A stretch of 64,000 nt of DNA from positions 755,933-819,932 of the forward strand of contig OY970233.1 in assembly GCA_963714105.1 (NCBI GenBank), in the 5' to 3' direction. Every line of letters starts with the position of its first letter. Positions within the stretch are counted from its first letter, which is position 1. This DNA comes from an uncultured Actinomycetes bacterium. Lineage in GTDB: Bacteria; Actinomycetota; Acidimicrobiia; IMCC26256; PALSA-555. The position numbers and the translations under genes were made by a program. Shown one piece after another: positions 54,085 to 63,768 of the stretch. Under the pieces are notes generated by a model. It made no database searches, had not been told where the DNA came from, and saw only the letters and a list, made by a program, of their open reading frames with translations.

Positions 54085-55302
54085 TCAGAACCAGGTGAAC
54101 GGGTACGGGAGCGGGTGGCTGGCGAAGAGCCGGTCGGCGCGGGTGAGGGCACCCGCGGTTCGTTCCTCGACGACGCCGGCGGCGGCGAGGGTCGAGAAGC
54201 GGACCCCGCCGAGCCACGCGGCGGAGAGGGCGCTGACGTCGCAGGCCAGGTCGGGGTCGCCGCCGTCGTGGACGACCGGTTGGTCCCCGGTGGCGTCGAG
54301 GGTGAAGGCGCCGTCGGCGCGGCCTCCGGGTCGGAACTCGTCGTGGACGAGGAGGCCGAGGCACCCGGGCTGGGGGTAGGTGCGGGCGCTCGAGCGCGGC
54401 GGGGAGGTCGAGGATCCGATGCCAGACCGCGTCGGCGACACCTCGGGTCCGCACGGCCCGGTTCGAGGTGAGCATCCACGGCAACGCGAGGTCGAGCGGC
54501 GCGCCGGGATCGCCGATGGTGCGGACGAGGTCGACTTCGCACAGGTAGCGCCAGAGCGCCTGCGTCGCGGCGGGGGTCGCGGCGACGAGGTCGCGGACGG
54601 TGAGCCGGTTGATCGCGAACGCACCGTCGAAGTGCGGGCGGATCCCGTAGCAGGCGTATCCGTCGACGCGACCGTCGGGCGCCTCGTAGGCGACGTCGAA
54701 GCGGATGCCCATGCGGCGCTCCCACTGCTCGTCGCGCCACCACGCGTCGGGTCGAGACACCGCTCCCGGGTAGACGCCGTGCACGCGGGCGAACACGCCC
54801 GGTTCGACCTTGGCCGCCTCGTCGGGTTCGAGCATCCGCATGGTCCCGTCGGGGCGTGGGCAGCGCGAACTCGATGTCGCGGCGGTCGAGCTCGATGGCC
54901 ATCGTGCGGCTCGTGATCCCGAACCCGAAGCGGGTGTAGATCGCCCCTTCGCTGGCGGTGAGCATCGCGACCGGCTCGTTGCGTCTCGTCGCGTCGTCGA
55001 GGAGCTCGCGCATCATCGAGCGCAGCAGGCCTCGTCGGCGGTGCGTCGGGCGGACGGTGACCGCGCTGACCCCGGCGGCGGGCACTCGGGCACCGCCGGG
55101 CACGGTGAGGTCGAAGGTGTAGTTGCGGCTCGTGCGCGACGAGGTCGTCCCCGTCGAAGCCGACGCAGGTCCGGTCGAGGTCGAGGGCAGCCCAGTTGGG
55201 GTGCTCGTCGAGCCAGCCGGGTGGTTCGGAGAAGCCGATGGACGTGGCTCGTGCGTAGGCGGGCAGCTCGCTCGCGTCGATGGGTCGGAAGGTGACGTTC
55301 AC
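54085..55302 (-). pseudogene. Eis-like GNAT N-acetyltransferase needing three 1-nt frame corrections
   Basis: Four consecutive segments lie in three frames. The order is VNVTFRPIDASELPAYARATSIGF... (frame of ORF 54085..56820), then PGGARVPAAGVSAVTVRPTHRRRGLLRSMMRELLDD... (ORF 52698..55103), then MRMLEPDEAAKVEPGVFARVH...WRYLCEVDLVRTI... (ORF 53627..54841). The last segment, ...FTLDATGDQPVVHDGG...PLPYPFTWF*, returns to the first frame. Confidence 0.7.
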
Positions 55303-55348
55303 GGGTGGAGATGCTCGCAGAAGTCGGGCGGCAGGGGTCGAGATTTGC

Positions 55349-56820
55349 TCAGCCGGCGCTGGAGCGACGCCGGCGGGGGGGCGGGGCGGCCGCGCCGGGT
55401 TGGGCCGTGCTCCGTCGCGGCGGCGGCTTCGTCGGGGGTGGGGCCGGGTCGGGGTCGGGACGCTCGGCGGCTTGGCGTCGAGTCTTCGCCGCGGCTTTGC
55501 GTCGCCCGGCTCGGGTCTGGCGCCGCCGGTCGCGGAGGTTGGCGCGGGCCCGTCCGAAGGCCCGGTCGACCGCTTCGGGGCGCAGCTTCGAGCGGGGGGA
55601 CGGGTGCGGGCACCGCGGAGCGCGGCGAGGTAGGACAGCCCACCGAACGCGAGGACGAGGCCGAGGACACCGAGGCCGACGGCGACGGCGACCGGGATGA
55701 TCCCGAGCAGCGCGCCGACGACCCAGGCAGCCTGGAAGCGGGTCTCGAAGCGGGCGAACGCCCGTCCCCGCACCGCGTCGGGTCCGTCTCGCTGCAAGAG
55801 GCTGTCGAATCCGAGCTTGCCGGACGCGGCGCTCAAGCCGACGGCGAGGAACGCCAGCGTCACGCCGAACACGCCGGTGGTCAACGCGCCGAGGAGCACC
55901 GCGCTGGCGGCGAAGAGGAGCGCGCCGACGAGCATGAACTCCTCGCGGACGTGGAGACGGATCCGGGGCGCGAGGAGGGTCCCGCCCAGCAGACCGACGA
56001 ACGCGCCGCTGGCGACGATCCCGAGCGCGATGACGTTGCTCTTGAACGTGAACGCGGCGAAGAACTGCAGGAAGCCGATCGCGCCGCGCAGGATCGCCAT
56101 CGCGGATCCGGCGAGGAGGATCGACGACTGGTGGAGCTCCTCGCGTTCGAGCTTGGCCTCGTCTTTGGCGATCACCACCTGGGTGCGGGGGATGCGCGTC
56201 GCGAGCACGGCGGCGAAGAGGAAGACGATCATCGCCAGCCGAACCGACCAGTCGGCTCCGAAGAGGTACTGGACGCCTACGGCGGGGGCACCGCCGACCA
56301 CCGCGGCGATGGCGCTGATCAGCGCGAGCCGCGAGTTCGCTTTCACGAGCGCGGAATCGTCTTCGACGAGGGCGGGGACGAGGGAGCTGCGCGCGACGGA
56401 GTAACCCTTCGAGAGGACGAGGATCCCGAACGCGAACGGGTACACGAGCAGGCCTTCGGGGGAGGCCTTGGTGACGACGAACGCGAGGGCCAAGCACAAC
56501 ACCGCCCGGCCGACGCAGGAGCCGACGACAAGGAGCCGGCGCCCGCCGCGGAGCCGGTCGAGGGCGGGCCCGATGACCGGCGCCACGATCGCGAACGGGG
56601 CCATCGTGAGCAGCAGGTAGAGGAGGATCGAGCCTCGGGCGCCGCTGCTCGGCTTCTGGAAGAACAGCGAGCCGGCGAGGGAGACCGCCACGCACGCGTC
56701 GGCGCACATGGCGACGAGATGGGTGCGCGCGAGCCTCCCGAAGGGCGTGTCGGGGAAGAAGCGCTGGATCTCGCGAACCAGCGTTTCCAGCAGCGAGCGG
56801 TGGGCGCGGTCGTCGGGCAT
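55349..56820 (-). pseudogene. MFS-type transporter (about 12 TM helices) with its C-terminal tail displaced by an apparent 1-nt deletion in a G6/C6 run near 55594-55599
   Basis: The N-terminal roughly 400 aa of ORF 54085..56820 form a clean polytopic membrane protein. That frame has no stop before the eis-like gene. A basic tail with a stop at 55349 (SKLRPEAVDRAFGRARANLRDRRR...) lies in the frame of ORF 55349..56962. Confidence 0.55.
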
Positions 56821-56997
56821 CGGCGGAATCGACAGTAGCGGCGGGCGGCTGTGCGTCCTCGGTGAAGCCCGGAGCGCCGACCCGGGCGGGTTCGCGGCGC
56901 CGCGACCCCGCAGCGTTCACCCGTTCGTTACCCGGGGGTGACCACACTCGCTCCCGAGCCACGATCCCCGGCGAGGCCCGACGGGGACGCCGCTACG

Positions 56998-59107
56998 ATG
57001 CCGCTCTATGGCCGCGCCGATCGGGGCCGGCCGCCCCCACTCGCGCGTGACGACGGGGACGCCGACCGCTTCTTGAACCGGGAACTCTCCTGGCTCGACT
57101 TCAACGCGCGGGTGCTGGCCCTCGCCGAGGACACGAACCGGCCGCTCCTGGAGCGGGCCAAGTTCCTCGCCATCTTCTCGACCAACCTCGACGAGTTCTT
57201 CCAGGTCCGCGTCGTCGGGCATCCAGGAGCAGGCCAGCGCGGGCCTGCGCACACGGTCGCCCGACGGGCTGGATCCGCTCGAGACGATCCGGGCGATCCG
57301 GGAGCAGGTCCGGACGCTGGTCGAGCGCCAGACGACGATCTTCACGAAGGACGTCGCCCCCGGGCTCGAGGAGGCCGGGATCCACTTCGAGGACTGGGAC
57401 GACCTCGACACCACCGAGCGCGGACGAGCTGCGGCGCGTCTTCGACGCGCGCGTGTACCCGGTGCTGACCCCGCTCGCGGTGGACCCGGCGCACCCGTTT
57501 CCCTACATCTCGAACCTGTCGCTGAACCTCGCGGTGGTGGTGCGCGACCCCGAGTCGCGTGACGAGCGCTTCGCGCGGGTGAAGGTCCCGCCGCTGCTCC
57601 CAAGGTTCGTGCCGCTCTCCGAGCGCGTCCGGTTCGTGCCCCTCGAGCAGGTCATCGCCGCGCATCTCGACCGGCTGTTCCCGGGGATGGAGATCCTCGA
57701 TCACACCCCGTTCCGGGTCACCCGCGACGCCGATTTCGAGCTCGACGACGAGGACGAGGATCTGCTCGAGGCGATCGAGTCGGTGCTGCACCGGCGGGCC
57801 AAGTTCGGGCACACCGATCCGGCTCGAGGTCGACGCGTCGATGACCGACCGGGTGCTCGACGTGCTCTGCCGGGAACTGGAGATCCCGCCCGCCGCGGTG
57901 GTCGCGATCGACGGGCCGCTCGGACTTGAGCGGGCTGTGGGGCATCTGCGCGTTGGAGCGCCCCGATCTCAAGGCGGAGCCGTGGTTGCCGCAGAGTCCC
58001 ACGACGCTGCTGCCGCTCGGCGACGACGACCCCGACCTGTTCCGGCTGCTCCGCAACGCCGACGTGCTCGTCCACCATCCCTACGACTCGTTCGCGACGT
58101 CGGTGGAGGCGTTCATCGACCAGGCGTCGAACGATCCCGACGTGCTCGCGATCAAGCAGACCATCTACCGCACCGCCGGTCCGGAGAGCGCCATCGTGCG
58201 CTCACTGGTGGAAGCCGCCCGTCAGGGGAAGCAGGTCGTCGCGCTGGTCGAGCTCAAGGCCCGCTTCGACGAGCAGGCCAACATCGAACGGGCTCGCGTG
58301 CTCGAAGAGGCCGGCGTCCACGTCGTGTACGGGTTGGTGGGGTTGAAGACCCACGCCAAGATCCTCCTCGTGGTCCGCCAAGAGGCGGACGGCATCCGCC
58401 GGTACTGCCATGTCGGCACGGGCAACTACAACCCGCTGACCGCGACGCTGTACGAGGACCTGGGGTTGTTGTCGTCGGATCCTGCGCTCGGCGCGGACCT
58501 CACCGAGCTGTTCAACCACCTGACCGGGTACAGCCGGTCGGTCCGGTACCGCCGGCTGCTCGTCGCGCCCGAGGATCTCCGCCCCGGGCTCCGTGACCAC
58601 ATCCGCGCCGAGGCGGCCAAAGGCCCCGCGGGACGCATCATCATGAAGATGAACAGCCTGGTCGATCCCGACCTGATCGACGAGCTGTACGCGGCGTCGA
58701 ACGCCGGCGTCGACATCGACCTCATCGTGCGGGGGATCTGCTGCCTGCGCCCGCAGATGCCGGGCCGGTCGGAGCGCATCCGGGTGCGGTCCCTCATCGG
58801 CGGCTTCCTCGAGCATTCGCGCATCTTCCGGTTCGGCGCCGACCCGGCGCGGGCGACGTACCTGATCGGCTCGGCCGATCTGATGCCCCGCAACCTCGAC
58901 CGGAGGGTGGAGGCCCTCTGCCCGGTCGACGCGCTCCCGTTGCGGGCCCGGCTCGACGAGATCCTCGAGGTGAACCTGGCCGACGACGTGCTGTCGTGGG
59001 AGCTCGCCGCCGACGGCGTGTGGCACAAGGTCGAGACCGTCGTCGGCCTCGACGCGCAGGCTCGTTTCCGGGCGCTGGCCATCGAGCGGACCCAGATCCG
59101 AGCGTGA
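56998..59107 (+). pseudogene. ppk: Polyphosphate kinase 1 needing four +1 frame corrections
   Basis: PPK1 sequence is split over frames 1, 2, 0, 1 and 2. The segments are [22 protein letters not shown]...[37 protein letters not shown]..., [35 protein letters not shown]...[33 protein letters not shown]... and SGLWGICALERPDLKAEPW...VGTGNYNPLTATLYEDLGL...FLEHSRIFRF... The shifts fall near 57215, 57420, 57815 and 57925. Confidence 0.8.
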
Positions 59108-60588
59108 GCGTCGTCGAGCGCGAGATCAAGCTCGCCGCACCACCGGCGGTTGTCCTGCCGCCGCTCTCCGATCCCCTCGCCGGGGTCGTCGCGGAGCCCG
59201 CGGGGACCCGGTACCTGCTCGCCACCTACTACGACACGCGGGACCTGCGCCTGGCCCGGTCCGGCGCGTCGCTGCGGCACCGCAACGACGAAGGCTGGGC
59301 GGTGAAGCTCCCGACCGGGAACCGGCGGGGTCGCCTCGACCGGGACACGTTCGCGTTCGAGGGCGCGGAGGGCGAGCCGCCCGCCGCGGCGCTCGACCTG
59401 GTCCGGGCGTTGGTCCGCGCCGCGCCGGTCCACGAGGTCGCCCGGCTGCGGACCACCCGGCGGGCGGTGCGGCTGCGCACGACGCACGGGGCACCGATCG
59501 GTGAGGTCGTCGACGACGACGTCACCGTGCTCGGCACCGATGCGACCGTCCGGGCGTTCCGGGAGCTCGAGTTCGAGCTGGTCGACGACGCCCCCGAGGC
59601 CCAGGCCGCGTCGATCGTCGCCCGGCTCCGCGCCGCGGGCGCGGGGCCGCCTGATCCCACCCCGAAGATCGTCCGGGCGCTCGGCCCCCGCGCCGCGGCC
59701 CCACCCGACGTCGGGGTGAGCACCGAATCGGAGGGCTCGGTCGCCGCGGTCGTCCAGGCCGCGCTGGATGGACCGGTCGGCCGCCTGATCGCGCACGACC
59801 CCGGGATCCGTCAGGGTGGTGACGACGAGGACGTGCACCAGGCTCGGGTCGCGACCCGACGGCTGCGATCCCACCTGCGGACGTTCGCGCCGCTGCTCGA
59901 CGAGCCGTGGGCCGACGCGATGCGGGAGGAGCTCGACTGGCTGGGGGGCGTGCTCGGCGCGGTGCGCGACGCCGACGTGCTCCTCGCCCGGCTCGACGCT
60001 CGAGCGTCCCGCCTCCCGGGGGACGACCTCGCCGGCTCGATGCGGCTCCTCGACCGGCTCCGCACCCAACGGGCCCGCGCCCGCGACGAGCTGCTCGTCG
60101 CGATGCGCGGCCCCCGCTACACCGCGCTGCTCGACCGGCTCGTCGACGCGGCACGAGCGCCGCGACTGCGCTCGCGTCGCGCCGACGACGAGGTGCTCCG
60201 CCACGTCGCCCGCCGCACCTGGAAGCACCTGCGCGACGCGGTCGACGCGCTGACCGACCCGCCCGAAGACCCCGCGCTCCATGCCGTCCGGAAACGGGCC
60301 AAGCGGGCCCGGTACGCGGCCGAGGCGGTCGAGCCCGTGTTCGGGAAGCAGGCCCGGGCGTTCGCTCGGGCGCTCACCGAGATCCAAGACGTCCTCGGGG
60401 AGCATCAAGACGCGGTCGTCGCCGCGGGCTGGCTGCGCGACACCGCGGCGAACAGCCGCGACGAGCGGGCCGCGTTCGCCGCGGGGGAGCTGGCGGCCCT
60501 GGAACGGGAAGCGGGCCGAGCCGCGCGCGACGCGTGGCCGGCCACCTGGCGGTCCGTGAGCCGCAAGCACCTGCGCCACTGGCTGTGA
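59104..60588 (+). CDS. CYTH (triphosphate tunnel metalloenzyme) plus CHAD domain protein
   Basis: ORF 58996..60588 trimmed to the GTG at 59104 (GTGA overlap with the ppk stop). The N-terminus is VVEREIKL (the ExExK CYTH signature). The CHAD region carries DVHQARVATRRLRSHLRTF and LHAVRKRAKRARYAAE. Confidence 0.85.
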   Translation: MSVVEREIKLAAPPAVVLPPLSDPLAGVVAEPAGTRYLLATYYDTRDLRLARSGASLRHRNDEGWAVKLPTGNRRGRLDRDTFAFEGAEGEPPAAALDLVRALVRAAPVHEVARLRTTRRAVRLRTTHGAPIGEVVDDDVTVLGTDATVRAFRELEFELVDDAPEAQAASIVARLRAAGAGPPDPTPKIVRALGPRAAAPPDVGVSTESEGSVAAVVQAALDGPVGRLIAHDPGIRQGGDDEDVHQARVATRRLRSHLRTFAPLLDEPWADAMREELDWLGGVLGAVRDADVLLARLDARASRLPGDDLAGSMRLLDRLRTQRARARDELLVAMRGPRYTALLDRLVDAARAPRLRSRRADDEVLRHVARRTWKHLRDAVDALTDPPEDPALHAVRKRAKRARYAAEAVEPVFGKQARAFARALTEIQDVLGEHQDAVVAAGWLRDTAANSRDERAAFAAGELAALEREAGRAARDAWPATWRSVSRKHLRHWL

Positions 60589-61064
60589 GCCCACCCCGAT
60601 CCCCGTCCGACGGGGTGGTGCGCGCCGCCGGCGGGATCGTCTGGCGCCCCGCGCCCGGCCCGCGGCGACGACCGTGGCGCCGGCCGCCCCCGGAGGTGGT
60701 CGTGATCCACCGGCCCCGCTACGACGACTGGAGCTTCCCGAAGGGCAAGCTCGACGACGGGGAGGGCGACGAGGACGCCGCGCTGCGAGAGGTCCACGAG
60801 GAGACCGGCCTCCACTGCCGGTTGGGTCCCCCCGTCGGTGACACCACCTACGAGGACCGGCGGGGCCGCACGAAGGTGGTCCGGTACTGGCTGATGGAGC
60901 CCGACGACCCCGACCGCCCCGACCCGGTGGTCCCCAACCGGGAGGTGGACGAGTACCGCTGGCTTGCGCCCGACACGGCTGCAAGACTGCTCACCTACCG
61001 GCACGACCGCGAGCTGCTCGAGCGCCTGCCCCGACTTCCCCCACGAGGCCACCGACGACTGTGA
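60585..61064 (+). CDS. NUDIX hydrolase
   Basis: The GTG at 60585 overlaps the upstream TGA. The NUDIX box is FPKGKLDDGEGDEDAALREVHEETG. Confidence 0.85.
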   Translation: MSPPRSPSDGVVRAAGGIVWRPAPGPRRRPWRRPPPEVVVIHRPRYDDWSFPKGKLDDGEGDEDAALREVHEETGLHCRLGPPVGDTTYEDRRGRTKVVRYWLMEPDDPDRPDPVVPNREVDEYRWLAPDTAARLLTYRHDRELLERLPRLPPRGHRRL

Positions 61065-61531
61065 CCCGCACCACGCCCGTCTTCCTCGTCCGTCACGCCA
61101 AGGCGGGAAACCGCGGCGCCTGGACGGGATCCGACGAGGACCGGCCCCTCTCGAAGGCGGGGCGACGCCAGGCCAACGGCCTCGCCGCCGTGCTCGGCCA
61201 CCAGGGCGTGACCCGGATCGTCACCAGCCCGTTCGTTCGGTGCCGGGAGACGGTGGAGCCGCTCGCCGCCCACTGCGGCCTCCCGGTGGAGCCGTCGGAT
61301 TGGCTCGCGGAGGGCTCACCGCTCAGCGACGCGCTGCGGCTGGTGGAGAAGGTCGCCGACGAGGCGACTGTGCTGTGCACCCACGGCGACGTCATCGGGC
61401 TGCTGCTGGACCATCTCCAGCGCCTCGGGATCGCTCCTCGCGACCCCCGCCTCGAGAAGGGCTCGACCTGGGTGCTCCACACCGAGCGAGGCGACGTGAC
61501 CTCGGTCGAGTACCTCCCACCCCCCGCCTGA
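61061..61531 (+). CDS. Histidine phosphatase family protein (SixA-like)
   Basis: Intact 156-aa ORF whose start overlaps the upstream stop (GTGA). It has VFLVRHAKAG (the RHG/RHA motif) and CTHGDVI. Confidence 0.85.
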   Translation: MTRTTPVFLVRHAKAGNRGAWTGSDEDRPLSKAGRRQANGLAAVLGHQGVTRIVTSPFVRCRETVEPLAAHCGLPVEPSDWLAEGSPLSDALRLVEKVADEATVLCTHGDVIGLLLDHLQRLGIAPRDPRLEKGSTWVLHTERGDVTSVEYLPPPA

Positions 61532-61651
61532 GGCCCGCTCCCCCGCCATCCGGTGAACGGGGCGGGGCGCCCAGGTGACCGGTCGCCCCGTCCTCGGTGA
61601 ACACGTCCCCCCTGCCCTTGGCGCGACGCGCCCAGGGGCGACAATGAGGCC

Positions 61652-62206
61652 GTGGGGAGCACCGCGATGAGGATCCGGTTCCGGGACGGCGACGAGCTCC
61701 TCGCCACCCTGGAGGCGGGTGCCGGCGTGGGGGACGACGAGCCCGTCGACCTGCTCCAGCATGGCCTCCAGTGCGCGGCACGGCTCGAGCGTCGGGTCCC
61801 CGACGACCTCGAGCTCCACGTCGCCGGCCTCGTGCACGACATCGGCACCCTGCTGGCACCCGGCTGCCCCGAGCAGCACGCCGCCGTCGGCTCCGCCGCG
61901 GTCCGCGAGCTCCTCGGTTCCCGAGTCGCGCACCTGGTCGGCCTCCACGACCAGGCCAAGCGCTACCTGGTGACCACCGATCCCCACTACCGGCACCGGC
62001 TCAGCGCCCGCAGCCTCGAGACCCTCCGCCTCCAGGGCGGGCTGCTCGATCCCGCCGAGCGGGCCGCGCTGACCCTCGACGCCGACCTCGATGCCGCGTT
62101 GACGCTCCGCGAAGCCGACGACGAGGCCAAGGTCCCCGGCGCCTCGGTCCCGGGCCTGGCGCACTGGCGCCCCGTGCTCGACACGTTGGCCCGATCGGCC
62201 GCGTGA
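61652..62206 (+). CDS. HD-domain protein (PhnZ-like metal-dependent phosphohydrolase/oxygenase family)
   Basis: Intact 184-aa ORF with LLQHGLQCA, AGLVHDIG and LVGLHDQAKRYL. The alternative start is Met6 at 61667. Confidence 0.7.
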   Translation: MGSTAMRIRFRDGDELLATLEAGAGVGDDEPVDLLQHGLQCAARLERRVPDDLELHVAGLVHDIGTLLAPGCPEQHAAVGSAAVRELLGSRVAHLVGLHDQAKRYLVTTDPHYRHRLSARSLETLRLQGGLLDPAERAALTLDADLDAALTLREADDEAKVPGASVPGLAHWRPVLDTLARSAA

Positions 62207-62884
62207 TCATCCCGGCCCGCAGACACCCGGGAAGTCGGCGATCGAGTCCACCAGGTGGGTGTGCGGCGCCTCCGAGAGCTGAGACCGGTCGTGGGCGCCG
62301 GTCAGCACGCCCGCGACGATCGACGCGCCGGCCCGGGTGCCGGCCCAGAGGTCACTGGCGGTGTCGCCGGCGACCGCGACCGCGGCGACGTCGTCGACCT
62401 CGAGGTCCAGCACCGCGCGCAGCACCAGGTCGGGATGGGGACGGCCCCGCACGCCCGGACCGGGGGCGAGCGCGCCGTCGACCCGGCCCCGCCACCCGAC
62501 CGCGTCGAGGAGCGCGTCGAGGGTGCGGGGCGAGAAGCCGGTGGTGAGGCACACGAGCACCCCCGACGCGCGCAGCCGGTCGATCGCCTCGGACGCGCCC
62601 GCGATCGGGGTCACCTCGCCCCGCTCGATCGCAGCGCCGTACGCGGCCTCGAACGCCAGGTTCGCTCGCCGCGCCGCCTCGTCGGCGCCGAGCAGCTCCC
62701 GGAACACCTCCAGCTTGGAGCGCCCCATCGTCGCCCGCAGGGACGCGAGGCGCTGCGGGTAGCCGTCCGTGCCGGGACCGGCCCCCGCGTCGCGGAGCGC
62801 GGCGACGAACGCGGCCTCGACGGCGCCGTCGTCGCGGATGGTGGTGCCGGCCAGGTCGAGGCAGGCGAGGCGGATCTCGGTCAC
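62207..62884 (-). CDS. HAD-superfamily hydrolase (phosphonatase-like)
   Basis: Intact 225-aa ORF with ACLDLAGTT (DxD-type motif I), LTTGFS and AVAGDTASDLWAG. Confidence 0.8.
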   Translation of the reverse strand: MTEIRLACLDLAGTTIRDDGAVEAAFVAALRDAGAGPGTDGYPQRLASLRATMGRSKLEVFRELLGADEAARRANLAFEAAYGAAIERGEVTPIAGASEAIDRLRASGVLVCLTTGFSPRTLDALLDAVGWRGRVDGALAPGPGVRGRPHPDLVLRAVLDLEVDDVAAVAVAGDTASDLWAGTRAGASIVAGVLTGAHDRSQLSEAPHTHLVDSIADFPGVCGPG

Positions 62885-62964
62885 GGGCGCAACGTCGTCG
62901 GATCCAACCCGCGGCGCGCGGGTTCCTGGTCGTGACGAGCGGGGCAGCGGCTACGGTCCCGCGG

Positions 62965-63741
62965 GTGCGGATCCTCGTCACCAACGACGACGGCGTCGGG
63001 GCGCCCGGGTTGCGGGCGTTGGCCCGAGCGCTCGTCGGCGCCGGCCACGACGTCGTCGTCGTCGCCCCCGACGGGGAGCGCAGCGGCGCCGGCGCCGGGA
63101 TCGGCCGGCTGCACCGGTCGGGGCCGATTCAGCGCACCCTGGTCGAGTGGCCCGACCTGCCCGGGGTGGCCGTGCACGCGCTCGCCACGCTGCCCGCCAC
63201 CGCGGTGTACGCGGGTGGCCTCGGGGCGTTCGGCCCGCCCCCCGACCTGGTCGCCTCGGGGGTGAACAAGGGCCTGAACACCGGGCATCTCGTGTTGCAC
63301 TCCGGCACCGTAGGCGCGGCGTTGACCGCCGCGGTGCTCGGCCTGTCGGCGGTGGCGGTCAGCGTGGCGTGGGGTGAGACCGAGCACTGGGACACCGCGG
63401 CGACGCTCGCCGCCGCGGTCGTCCCGGTCCTGGCCGGCACCCACGGGCGGGTCTTGAACCTCAACGTCCCGAACGTCGCGCCGGGTGACGTGCACGGGGT
63501 GCGGGGCGCCCGGCTGGCGCCCTTCTCGGAGCAGTGGACGACCGAGACACCCGCCGACGAGCTGCGGCTCCGCTACGAGGGTCACCGGGACGAGCCCGAC
63601 GCCGACACCGACGTCGGGATCGTGCGGGCCGGCTACGCCGCGGTCACGTGGCTCACCGGCGTCACCGGCCGGCCCGCCGCCGACGCGGCGGCGCGCCTCA
63701 CCGCCGCGAACGTCACCGACACGATCCCCGCCGCGCGCTGA
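62965..63741 (+). CDS. surE: 5'/3'-nucleotidase SurE
   Basis: ORF 62932..63741 trimmed to the GTG at 62965, giving (M)RILVTNDDGVGAPGLRAL. GVNKGLNTG is also present. Confidence 0.85.
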   Translation: MRILVTNDDGVGAPGLRALARALVGAGHDVVVVAPDGERSGAGAGIGRLHRSGPIQRTLVEWPDLPGVAVHALATLPATAVYAGGLGAFGPPPDLVASGVNKGLNTGHLVLHSGTVGAALTAAVLGLSAVAVSVAWGETEHWDTAATLAAAVVPVLAGTHGRVLNLNVPNVAPGDVHGVRGARLAPFSEQWTTETPADELRLRYEGHRDEPDADTDVGIVRAGYAAVTWLTGVTGRPAADAAARLTAANVTDTIPAAR

Positions 63742-63768
63742 CGGATCCGCGTCCCTGGGGCCGGGTGA

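Noticed and set aside
54085-56820. A 911-aa ORF as a genuine MFS transporter/acetyltransferase fusion.
   Set aside because: The middle of the ORF is compositionally non-coding. The acetyltransferase sequence hops between three frames, and an alternative frame gives the transporter a plausible basic tail with its own stop at 55349.
61532-61651. Short direct repeats (CGGTGAAC x2, GCGCCCAGG x2) and a CCCCGCC...GGCGGGG hairpin after the SixA-like gene, considered as a regulatory module.
   Set aside because: The repeats are only 8-9 nt long in a GC-rich gap, with no positional logic relative to the HD-gene start that I can defend. At most this is a weak terminator candidate, so it is not reported as a feature.
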